Part shown: positions 10,946 through 21,355 of the stretch, piece after piece
Position numbering within the stretch: the stretch's first letter is position 1
Layout of the letters: each line of letters opens with the position of its first letter
Assembly (NCBI GenBank): GCA_000002435.2
Contig: CM018790.1
DNA: 64,000 nt
Source of the DNA: Giardia intestinalis
Taxonomy: Eukaryota
Strand: one strand, 5' to 3'
Notes under the pieces: generated by a model
Database searches by the model: none
The model's input: only the letters and a program-made list of their open reading frames with translations
Told to the model about the DNA's origin: nothing
Translations under genes and position numbers: made by a program

Positions 10946-12159
10946 GCCCCTGCTGCACCGCCTCGCACCAGAGGAGGAATCACGGTCTACAGCCAGAAGG
11001 GCAAAAGAGGCGCGTGGGTGGAAGCGCTCTCCCGATTTTCTTTTCGAGCTCGAACAGAACAGCCGTAGAGACTGTACGAAAACATCCTACAGTACCATCG
11101 AGGCCTCGCACGGAGGGGTTCTGAATGGACGAACGCCTAGGCTGGGAGCCATTCTAGAGCCGATTCTGGCCGAGGAAGGGGCTCCCCGCTTACGGGGGCA
11201 TGGCGGCTCCGCTGGCCACGTACGGCGACAGTTGCCGGGTCAGCGGCCCAGCCAAACCAGCGATGCCGCTGCGGAAGCCACCCCCGGCCCTGTCCCACAC
11301 AGTCGATGCCCTTGGCAGCCGCCTGCTCCAGTCCAGATCCACCCCACCGGCTGCGTGCCAGGGCCAGACATCTAGCAACCACAGAGACACGTCCACCGAG
11401 GCCGACACTGGCTGCACACACCGACCGGCGCGTCGATTCGAGGCACAGACGCGCATTTTTTCTTTTGTCCGGCGAGATTCCGGGCTGCGCTGGCTGCACG
11501 GATGCACGCAGCTGTTCCGCGCCGGCCGGGGCTTTCCGAGGCAGGCCTTGCGCGAGAACGCGACGTCTCGTGCAGGTCCACCGACCCTCTGGCGGGCCCA
11601 CGGCCGCGGAGTGTCCGTCCCTGTTGCGATGCAGTGCACACGGCTTTGTAGCACGTGCAGAGACCCAGTTGCCCTGCCCTGGCTGTGGCTCCTGCGCGCT
11701 GCGGCCAGCCACTGAGACCAGCCCCCATTGGAGCAGGCCACGGCAGGGCCCGCCGGACAAGCTCTCTACATGAGCACATGCTGCACAGCTTAGAGGCGAA
11801 CGCTGCACAGCCCGGCTAGTGCTCGCTGCCCCTATCGCTGCGTGGTACCTCTTCGTGAGACGACTGCGCAAGGCCACCCGATCGAGGGCTACGGCAGGAC
11901 GCAAAGAGTGGACTAGTTCAGGGCGTTGTGCATCTAGTAGGCCTGTGAGTACGCCTAGGTCGTGTATAGCTATTACATCAACATACTCATGTAGGTGGAT
12001 ACAACTGATTGCTCCGAATGGACTGGTTCTTGATGGCGTGGGCTGATGGAAGGACGCATTTGTATTACAGGTCCAAGCATAGAGGGTGGCAGCAGGAAAC
12101 GAAAAGTGGCCTGATTGCTGGTGTGCAGGTAAATGCAGCTATTTACATTTGACTTACCT

Positions 12160-12700
12160 AGCATACTGGATGATCATACTGATTGGATTCCGATAAAATG
12201 CATGCACGAGACTTACTGGTGTCTACTGATTTAAGAATTGAATGAGCAAACGCTAGGATAAGCTTGGTATGCCAATAGATAAATCACATTTAGGGAGGTA
12301 ACAATGAAATTTGTAGGAATAAAGAGACGCTCATAATATGCTGTTTCGATGATAGTAAAGGCTCTAGCACGAAGTTCATTAATCTATTATCAACAGAGAT
12401 AATAAGAAATCCAGGAGAAATGATAGCGAATCTATAATACACCCCATAAAAGGCTATAAGCACTATGGGATAATTAAGAAATGTGAAGGATATACCAGAG
12501 AATGTTATTTAAAAGGAAAGAAGTGCGTATTCAAAATCAGCAATAGTAACAAGGATAGCCTCGTTGCCAAGGATTCCATCACTGTCATCCTTATTGTCAA
12601 CCTTTCTGTCAGAGGTTCTTTTACTGTAGGAAAGTATAAACATAATCATCTATTTAAGTGGTAAACGCATCGTCTAACATCTGCTCAGCAGCCTTACACA
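12160..12700. other. ~0.5 kb A/T-rich island with no ORF inside the otherwise GC-rich arm (mirror 32003..32543)
   Basis: Abrupt composition shift visible by eye; stop-codon-dense in all frames. Confidence 0.4.
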
Positions 12701-13104
12701 GAAGTCCCGAAATAAGTAGTCACGGGGCAGAGTCTCCTGACGCTGCCAAATAAGCATATATAGTGCTCCCTCTGCATGGAGCACTGGAGGCCCGGCACGG
12801 AGTGGCCACAACTTCTCGTGGATACAGGCTGGTCGAAGCCGCTGGTGGCTGTATCCTCCAACCCCCTGCTTCAGAGCGTGGCTGCGCATGCTCTGCACGG
12901 CGCCTTCTCCTGCAGTGTCCGTGCGCTCGCCGGATGGAGCGAACCCAGCTAGCTACGCGGCCGCCACTGCAGGCCCCTCTTCACCCTGTATGCAGAAGCG
13001 CTGACCCGGGAAGAGGTGTCCCAGGGAGCCACGGGCAGCTGGTTGGAGTGAAACACGTTGGGACTTTTTGAAAATGGCCCTGTCCCGTGCCGGCCACGCG
13101 GCCT

Positions 13105-13725
13105 CTAGACCAGCGAGGCGAGGAGCTTCTTGATCCCTGGGCGCGCACGGTAGCCATCAGATAGCTCGCGCAGCGGTGGAAACTGGTCCACGAGCTCCGG
13201 ATACTCTGCGTCCGCATAATACAGGACCTCCAGGACCGCGTAGTCCGAATAGAGCGGCTCGGGAGCCAGGCTCCGGAGGCTCAGCACGTCCCGGGTCAGA
13301 ACGGTCAATCCCGGAAGGATCCTGTTCTGTCGGTAGGCCGCGATGCACTCCGAGCGCGTCATCTCTGCCCCAGCGGCAAGGGCCTCTGCCACGGCTTCGG
13401 GCTCCTTCCAGACGGCGGCAAGAAGATCCTCACAGAAGAGCACCAGGGCCCGCGCAGCAGCCTGCACCTGCAATGACGTGCTGTACCGCCCCAGGCTCGC
13501 CCCCAGGTACTCTAGAATGACCATGCCCCCGGCCACCCGCGCTGCGCTGTCTTCCCACACGGGGAGCGTGCACGATGGTGCACCTACCTTCGCCGCGGCC
13601 ACCTGCTCAGCGCTCGCCAAGGGCGCCCACTCGTACCGTATCTCCAGGTCTGCGAGCAGGAGCCGGCACTTCAATGCGGTGCCCCGGGCGTCGTAGTACG
13701 TGAGTCTCGGCGGAACTACGTCCAT
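13105..13725 (-). CDS. Glutathione S-transferase-like protein (cytosolic Tyr-type, alpha/sigma-like), 206 aa
   Basis: MDVVPPRLTYYDARGTALKCRLLLADLEIRYEW aligns with the GST N-terminal motif (LTYFNMRGRAEIIRYIFAYLDIQYE in sigma-class HPGDS; [25 protein letters not shown] in alpha class), including the catalytic Tyr. TLPVWEDSAARVAGGMVILEYLGA matches the lPvle.dg..l.qS.AI..Yla block. The C-terminal helical domain ends ...PELVDQFPPLRELSDGYRARPGIKKLLAS. Internal ATG at 13723..13725 preceded by ggaagtaaaATG; the track ORF extends to 13773. Very GC-rich coding sequence. Confidence 0.6.
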   Translation of the reverse strand: MDVVPPRLTYYDARGTALKCRLLLADLEIRYEWAPLASAEQVAAAKVGAPSCTLPVWEDSAARVAGGMVILEYLGASLGRYSTSLQVQAAARALVLFCEDLLAAVWKEPEAVAEALAAGAEMTRSECIAAYRQNRILPGLTVLTRDVLSLRSLAPEPLYSDYAVLEVLYYADAEYPELVDQFPPLRELSDGYRARPGIKKLLASLV

Positions 13726-14803
13726 TTTACTTCCCCGGTGGGCTCGTATCAACCGTGCCAAGGTGCGAGGCAACCCCTGGCACGCGGGCCGCCTCTCCCA
13801 GGGGGAGATCCTTGGGTTTCAGTTTACAACCTGAGCACCAGCTTCGTGTAGCTGCTATGCATTGCTAGCTACTACTGCCTGCATAGATAGTGGTGGGGTT
13901 GGGGTGGACACTAGGCTGGCGCGGTTTATGGAGGTCGTCTGCCTCCCGGGTCGCTTGAACCTAGCCGGAGTCTTCCCATTGGACCCTCTAAGTCATATCA
14001 CGAATCATAGGACGGATAAACTAGCCCCTAGCGGGTCAAAAGGGTCGGCAGTGATCGCAGCCACTGTGTCACTCGAGGACCTGTTGAGGCCCGGGACTCT
14101 GCAGAAGCCCCTCACTAGCTCGGTCTTGAAGTCCACGCTCTTGTGTGCCAAGATCCACGTCTTGTTATGCGTGCCGTGCTTTCCAGTACAATCGTGCTTA
14201 TACTTGTCGCCCTCTCTAATGCAGCTTCTAATGCTACCATGACGGGAGTTCTCGCTGTTTTGTACTTCATGTTTGTCAACACGGCCTAGGTGCCCTGCTG
14301 TCTGCTCTGCAGTCGCTTTATCTCCTGCTAAAAGGAAGTGAGAGCTCTTGGGTATCCGGTAAGACGTCCGGGCAAACGCGATAATGCTTCGATGAGTGTA
14401 CGTTAGTCGCATCGGCACAGAGCGCGTGCTAACCGGACGAAGCCATGTGCCTGCTGACTTCTATACAATATTCTAAGGCTATCCGGTCTCTGCATGGCAC
14501 CGCCAGGTGTGTAGTGGGGCCTGTGGCCATTAAGACCCAGAAGAGCCTCTTCTCCTACTTGGCTTCGGAGTCACTCCCAGTAGAGTATTGTTATGAGGCT
14601 GGTGTGCAGAGAAACACCGAATAGTTTGTACCGGTACACATGACCCCTTATCCCCAGACGGCACTCGCCATGGCTAGGCATTCGTAGAACCGCAGCATCG
14701 TGGGCTTGTGCACCGCTCACTGCCCATGCACGTGTAGCTGCAGACACACAAGCCAGTCGAGAGGCGCTTGCTTGCCCGGCTCCCTCATCACTGTTCAGAA
14801 CAT

Positions 14804-16466
14804 CGAACTCCTTATGCGAGCCACCGCCGCCCTGGGCAAGCGGGTCTCCCTCATCCCTGCATCAACCAAGATCAAAACCTAGAGTTCGAACTCAGGTGTC
14901 AAGCGACTCTGGTGGGAGAAAAAGAACTTTTGTTCTGCCCTCTTCCCAAGAACGAGACAGGACAACCACGATCAGGGGACGATCATGATACGCTCCACAA
15001 GGCAGCCCCGAGCCGCCTGGAGACCAGACCCTGGCCTTCCTCGAGACCTAGCAGATTGCGTTCCACTGGATGTACATGGGTGGCGTTTGCATGGCGCAGG
15101 GAGACGCAGGCTGATGGGTACAGCGGTCTTGCTCGACATAATGAACTCCAACAGTAGACGGCCTCTGCCAGGCGAGTGTGCCCCGTCCCGAGGAGCTGCG
15201 TCGGGGCCTTCCTCCGGCTGCGACACACGAGGTATCTGGACTCGGTCCCTCAGGGCCCTGCGCATGCTTCTGTGCTGCGGGAGACAGAACCTGCTCGCCA
15301 GGAGCTGAAGGAGAGGCCCCGCTCAGTACCCATGCCGACGACACATTCAGCTTCCATAGTGACGACAAGCCTGGCGAAACGCTATAGCTCGACGGTCAAC
15401 ACTGGGTGTGGGAGCACTGAGGGGCAGGAGGCCTCCTTTCTAACTAGTCTCGAAGGAGCTTCCAAGACAACGAAGAGCCGAAGCTAGTGATGATGCGCCG
15501 ATCATTTGCCACGCTTGTCGAGATGGACCCACACGTGACCTATGTGAATCCCTCGACAGGCAAGTCGGCCCTTGGGGTGCTTGGCTGACAGAGGCGGACT
15601 GATCCCGACCGCACCGAAGAGTGGTAGCGGCTTGGACCACCTGCCGGGCGTCTGCCGCAGTAGCTGGCAGTGTCTGACATCCTCGAGTAGATGGGCGCCA
15701 AGCGAGACGGCCTGAGGGTGAACCAGTCCTGACCGCTCCCGGTGTCTCAGACGACGCCTCTTAGAGAGGTGGCCCTGGACCGACGCCTCGACAGACCGAA
15801 GCATCACCCCAGGTGTGCTGTGCGGTGTGAAGACGGACGTAGTCCGCATCGTCAGCTGAGCCAGACGCACTGCACAGGGTGAGCGTCGACATGATCTCGT
15901 GCTAGGTGATGGACCACCTGCAAGAGCGCACTGCGATCCATGGGCAGAGGGATGGGCCTCTTCCCCGACACCACCGCATGGGATTACTCCATCGGCATCC
16001 ATGAACGCGTACTCTGACTCCAAGACAGAGGCGTACGGGGGGCGCGCTCTCCCGGTCATACTCGGGACCGATGATACAATCCACGAGGAGACGAAGAGGC
16101 ACCCCGAGGAACGGGGTAGACACCCGGGGTCGTGGCGTATCCCATCTTCGTCGTAGAGCATCAGCGCCACAAAGCTACTCCGGAGTACATGGCCAGAGTC
16201 AAGCTTCCAAGGCCAGATCCTGTGACCGACGGCAGGCCCTGATATAGCGGGTGTCCACCCAGGTGCCAGACGATAGTTGACTCCGATGGGTCAGAGGAAG
16301 GGAAGTCCTAGAGGGCACCGCGAGGAGCGGCAGCTTCCAGGGGAAGCGGGAATAGGAGTTCTTCCGCCGGGATCAAGGGCATCCGCCTCTCGAACTCTGG
16401 ATTTGGATCTCGGCTGGTACAGGGGCGAGAGAGACTCGCTTGCCCAGGGTGGCGGTGGCTCGCATG
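14804..16466. mobile_element. Candidate non-autonomous element (~1.66 kb) bounded by ~80-bp terminal inverted repeats (mirror copy 28237..29899)
   Basis: 14804..14883 (atgcgagccaccgccgccctgggcaagcgggtctccctcatccctgcatcaaccaagatcaaaacctagagttcgaa) and the reverse complement of 16388..16466 align at roughly 85% identity. Each TIR carries a GC hairpin (GCGAG-AGAGA-CTCGC) and a GAGTTCGA(A/G) box. No convincing ORF inside and no clear target-site duplication. Confidence 0.35.
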
Positions 16467-19400
16467 GGAAGATTACTCAGATAGCAGGCGACAGCCCCAC
16501 CCCGGCTAAAAAACTTGAGGCAGCCGTTGCACCCGCCGCCCCCAGGACAGAGCTTCTGCACGCATGGCCAGCTGCCCTCGTCAGTCCGGTCTACTGGTCC
16601 AATAGTCTGGGGACCCTTTACGCCGTTTTCTGGCATACGATGTATCGCAACTGCTCATGGGAGTAAGCAGTATGAAAAGGCAATTGCATGTGTGGACAGC
16701 GTGTTATGCTCGTCTCAGAGGACCGATGTGTCTAAATACGGATCGCTGTACTGAGCCACACGCCCCACTGTCTTGCGCCAGTGACTGCCTCCACCACTGC
16801 ACTTGCTACAATGGAGCTGTGTCGGCCCAACAGATTGAACATGCCCCATATCGGCTCCCTCTGACGATGCGTACACGCCGCATAAGGTCTGATAGTAGAG
16901 CGGACACCGTGTGCCGAGGCGTCTGCCATTGATGGGAGACAGCACTTGGTTGCACCAGAGGTGCCTTTATGTAGGCCTACAATCTCTGTGCCTGCCCATC
17001 CACCGGTTGTAATGACAACTGCACACTCGGAAAGGCGCTATGGAAAGCTGCCTTTCAAGATGAGACGTAAACCCACATATAAAGCCAGAAGCAGAACCTT
17101 GTGCACAAACTGTTATGATCCTAGTGTGGTGACCGGTTTGGACTGCGGCACGCTCCTCGCCTATCTTATGTTCGTTTGCATGGTCGCTGCTAATGTTGAA
17201 CAGGACTGCGAGGAGATCTGTCTTTGGCTGCGCTCATCTTATAACACTTACCCCTTGATGACACACCTTAGCAAAGGAGGATGTCAGCCAGGTGCGTAGA
17301 AGGCTGCCCGTGCATGACGATTCCTGGAGAACTGGTTCATACAGAGAAGGTAGAGGTGACTAGCGGACCAGTTGGGCAAGGCTGACACCAGAGAGGCCAG
17401 CCACCGACCTGGATTGCAATAGGGACGCCTGTAGTGTCTTTCTTCCCTTCGGGTGTAGAAAGGTCGTGAGGCCCGCGGACAAGCTAGACGCTGCTTTCTG
17501 ATTTTATGCATTTGTAGCAGCATAGTGTTTATAGGGGTCTGCTTTGCCTGAGGCCGAGGACGTTCGCTTCCTCCTCGTATACGGACGAAGATCGGTTATA
17601 AGGATACACTGTGCAGGCTGGTACCAGTCGACGTGGTTGCTGTCCACAAATGTCTCGCCTGCGTCTTCTCATGGCAGATGATTACTAGCAGCGCTCTCAG
17701 CCCACGTGGCTAAGTCTACGGTGCATCTCCATTTCGGTCAAGGGTTGTATACGCATTACGTAGTCTGATTGATCATCAGCCAGGATAGTGTGGTCCACTC
17801 CTGTCCCCTGCTTGTCCATCTCGTGCAACTACTGCTGATGGCTTTTCTGGGTCAGTGGGTGCTTCCGTCAGTCCCACAAAGGAATGTGTCATGCAGACGG
17901 CCACTACAGGCAAGAGTCTTGTCTATCAAGAAAAGGGTCAATCGGTTTACTGCGTGGGGATCCTCTGTGCGTCTCATATAAGCCCGGCAGACCTTGTGCC
18001 CCCAGTATCTCCTCACAAGCCCCACCAGGCTCTTTTACCGTCTGGAATATCGCTACTGCCAAGCACCTTAGCTTCACTTGGCCACCCAGGGCGTTGACCC
18101 TTTGCAGCGCACTGTGGGCGTACTCACTGTGGGAGATGCACAATCAGCATTGGTCTTCTCAGCTCATCGTCTGTATGGTACTATGCTGCTTCTCAGCACA
18201 ACCCATTCTGTCGACCAGCAGGCCTTCAGACCAGGCAGCATCCCACCAAGGGGCGGTAGCAGGGACCGTGACGCGTATCTCCACCAAGGCACGGCCTCCT
18301 GGGGCATGAAGCGGGACCTCTGCCATCCTGTGGCCCTACTGATTCCTCGGATAGCAGAGATCGGAGCAGCCTAGGCTAGCGCCTTTGGGTCTCCATCTGT
18401 TCTCGTTGTCTGAGGTATACTTGACTCCAGAGACTCAGAAGGGTGCTGTACTATGTTCGTGCCTACGAGTCTTAGCCAGGCAGGGCTACCCTCTTGGAGA
18501 TTGCGCTGAGGTAGCCACATACCTGGAGCTCACCACAGCGGACCCACAGGGTCCAATCCATGGAACCCTTACCTGTCGAATGCAGGCCGTAATTGCAGCC
18601 CCACTGGTGCAGACTTTCTTAGAATAACCGGTCGACTATAGAGCCCCCCCCCACTCAGTCCACGTGAATGGACCACTCTCATCGATGGCCTACCTTGCAC
18701 GCCGAACGATCCCTACAGGCGAACAAAAATCATCCAGCCCGTAGCAGTGGACATCCTCTACACCGATGAATGGATGATCACAGCAGCCGCTTTCCTATTG
18801 AAGATTCTCCAGCCACTGAGGCCCAGGCCGGCCTCCTGCAGGATTCTTAGCAGGATCGTGCCCGATGCATGTTTGTGGCACTCCCCTCAAGGTGTATTCT
18901 GTTGGACCTTCGCTTCCTATACTGGCCTGCGAACATCGAGCCCTTCTAGCGGGGCCATACTGGAGATCACAAGGATATGGTGTCTTCGGAGACTATCCGG
19001 CTTCTGAGCCACACAATAGGGGCCCACTTCTCGCAGCAGCATCACGGAGAGGTGTATAGAGCTATACCATACCCTCTACCAGGTGACATGATGCATAAAT
19101 TAAGGGTAGGACACTTACACCGATCGGCATATCTACCCATGACCAGACACAGATTGGCCCGAAGGTAGCAATTAAATGTTGCTCGACACCCTTATCAGTG
19201 GATGGGCGCCCAACTACCCTGGTACCCGTACGAGGCCACAAGGGGCGCTGGGTCATAGATCTACTTAATGGCTGAGAAAGCGGCATGGACGCATCAGACC
19301 CCCATTCTTTCTATTCAAGTAGCCCACGACAGAGAGCCCTTTGACACTCCACACCCACAGGTTCGGGGTGCTGCGGGCAATCGTACTCCACTATTGCTTG

Positions 19401-20223
19401 CAGCGGATGGCATCAGGATAACCTTGGGTGGGAGAGAGTTGACTGGCCCAGAAAGCAGCGGTTTGGATAGCGTTTCCTCTCTGCCCAGGCTTGGAAGGTC
19501 TAGCCTGCGCCTTCTGCGCTTCACCTGACACCTCGTTGTGTACTGGGGTGGCTTATTAGTATTTACTCCAAAAGATCAAAACTAGCGCCATGTGCACTTA
19601 GCAGGCCGGTGCGCCTCGTTAGCTAGTTTATGCTGGCTTACGCCTTCCACAGACTCTAGCGGCTGCTGGGATCTTCTCTCGGGATCCAGCAAAGGTTTGT
19701 CTTTGAGCGTAGCTCCCCTGCGACAGCAAAGGGTCGCGGGCATGATCTGGTGGGTGGGAATACTAGGAGCGGATAGGAGAGTGCCGGCATACATGGGCCC
19801 GTAGAGCTCTAACCAGCGCAGGGAAGTGCAGGTGTCTGGCTCTCCGGAAATGCAGAGGCGCCGGTAGCGGGCATGGGCACAGTGGGGGCGCCCGGGCTGT
19901 CCTCCGATTGGCCGCGGAGAAGGGGGATGCCCGGCGCACGGGACGGTTCTGCTGTTTGCTTTTAGAATTTCTACTTCCTTGCGTGCTTTGCAAGGAGTGC
20001 GGGGCTCCTCGGATGTCGCTTGGCCAGGCCTGGAGGGCCCGCGATGGACGAGGTGGTGGGCTTATATAATGAACGCGTTTGGCATTCGCTGGGCTCCTCC
20101 TTCCTAGACCGAGGTATCGTAGGAGTAGGGTCTCTTCGGACTACCTGCATAGCACAGTCAGATAGACGTTTTTAGCTCTAACTATCGGACTCTTATCTAT
20201 GTAATAAGCCGAGAGGGATATCA

Positions 20224-20991
20224 ATGTTACTCATAGCCTTCTACCTTGTGCTAAGTACGCTCGCTGTCCGGCATACAACAAATCACCACTCTGAATATCT
20301 ACGCTCGGGATCTCGGTCTAATAGAGATACAGGCAATCGTGATAATGCATATGCTGCAGGGAACTGCAAGGACGGGATGGAAGAGCAGGTCGGCGCGGAT
20401 ACCGTGTGCAAGCAGTGCAACGCAGGGTTTGTCCCCATAAACGGAGTCTGCACCGCACAGGGCACCCCATCAATTGCGACCGCAGGGTGCAAGCTGGCCA
20501 ATAATGACCCTCCTGGACAGGACTCCACTGTGTGTGAGCAGTGCGGAACAGACGCCACTTACTTCCTATACAAGGGCGGATGCTACGACGCCAGCACAGG
20601 CGTGGGGCAGAGCCTTTGTAAGCGCGCATCTAACGGAGCCTGCACAGAGGCGGGAGAAGGCTACTTTGCTGCACCAAACGCCAAGGCTACCGAGCAGTCT
20701 GTTATCCCGTGCTCGGACACGACAGGGGTGACTCTCACCGGAGATAAGCAATACGTGGGGGTGGAGAACTGCGCGACGTGTGATGCTCCAGCTGGAGATG
20801 AAACGGTAGCAAAATGTAAGACATGTAGTGACAGATTCAGTTTAAGAGACAACCAATGTGTGCCTTCTAGCGTCAACAAGAGCGGCCTTTCTACCGGCGC
20901 CATTGCGGGCATCGCCGTGGCTGCTGTCATAGTTGTTGGTGGTCTCGTTGGGTTCCTCTGCTGGTGGTTCCTCTGCCGGGGCAAGGCGTAG
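20224..20991 (+). CDS. vsp: Variant-specific surface protein (VSP), short form, 255 aa
   Basis: N-terminal signal peptide MLLIAFYLVLSTLA; four CXXC motifs (CKQC, CEQC, CATC, CKTC); GGCY motif (YKGGCYD); C-terminal TM helix IAGIAVAAVIVVGGLVGFLCWWFL; terminal CRGKA pentapeptide plus stop. AGTAAAC polyA signal 13 nt downstream. Confidence 0.92.
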   Translation: MLLIAFYLVLSTLAVRHTTNHHSEYLRSGSRSNRDTGNRDNAYAAGNCKDGMEEQVGADTVCKQCNAGFVPINGVCTAQGTPSIATAGCKLANNDPPGQDSTVCEQCGTDATYFLYKGGCYDASTGVGQSLCKRASNGACTEAGEGYFAAPNAKATEQSVIPCSDTTGVTLTGDKQYVGVENCATCDAPAGDETVAKCKTCSDRFSLRDNQCVPSSVNKSGLSTGAIAGIAVAAVIVVGGLVGFLCWWFLCRGKA

Positions 20992-21003
20992 ATGTACTTA
21001 GGT

Positions 21004-21010
21004 AGTAAAC
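21004..21010 (+). promoter_or_regulatory. AGTAAAC polyadenylation signal of the VSP gene (mirror 23693..23699 on the minus strand)
   Basis: ggcaaggcgTAGatgtacttaggtAGTAAACgcg. AGTRAAY lies just downstream of the stop. Confidence 0.55.
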
Positions 21011-21355
21011 GCGTTACTTTATGTAGCTTATGTAGATGTGCTGCTAGGCTCACTTGCTGGTGTGTCCAGAAGTTTCACGAGTAAATCCTCGTTCAAGTCC
21101 TGGCTGTCCAAAGACGAGAACTGATTGTGGATAACATGACGGAGAGTCCTCTCCAGTGATGCATCCAGAGCCTGGTGCGCTCCTCTGCCGTTTCGCAGGC
21201 GTGTGCTCAGGCTGAGTATGCACGTCGGTCCTTTCGGGGTTCAGGCCTTCTCGTGGACTCTCTGCTCTACCAGCGGTGTCTCTCCTTGGTCTTCCTTCAC
21301 GGTGGGTGAAGCTTGGATCGCCGTCTTTTTTAGATGCCCCGTCTGTCAGGGGCTG

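Larger units (their letters stand above)
9071..21355. repeat. Left arm of a giant inverted repeat (palindrome), ~12.3 kb
   Basis: Every ORF from 9230 to 21053 has an exact mirror-image partner at coordinate 44703 minus x on the opposite strand. Sequence identity begins at tacagtcacctgcgacgggg (9071) and ends near 21355 (gatgccccgtctg). I saw only three single-base differences between arms. Confidence 0.95.

Noticed and set aside
10900-11910. Stack of six mutually overlapping 130-255-aa ORFs on both strands (for example 11137..11904 -, 11190..11741 -, 11200..11715 +, 11306..11773 +)
   Set aside because: All frames are open at once over sequence that looks about 70% GC by eye. The translations are Arg/Ala/Pro/Gly-rich low complexity with no domain. 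The mirrored copies differ by two non-synonymous changes and no frame shows a synonymous-only pattern. This is a composition artefact, not genes.
14868-14886. GAGTTCGAACTC resembling a tRNA T-loop or Pol III B-box, possible second tRNA
   Set aside because: No cloverleaf can be drawn. The motif is just a 10-bp perfect palindrome (AGTTCGAACT) inside the terminal inverted repeat of the candidate element. Kept only as part of that repeat.
18641-18660. C9 homopolymer (G9 in the mirror copy at 26041..26049)
   Set aside because: Single short homopolymer in non-coding arm sequence. It is a possible sequencing-error hotspot but has no evident function.
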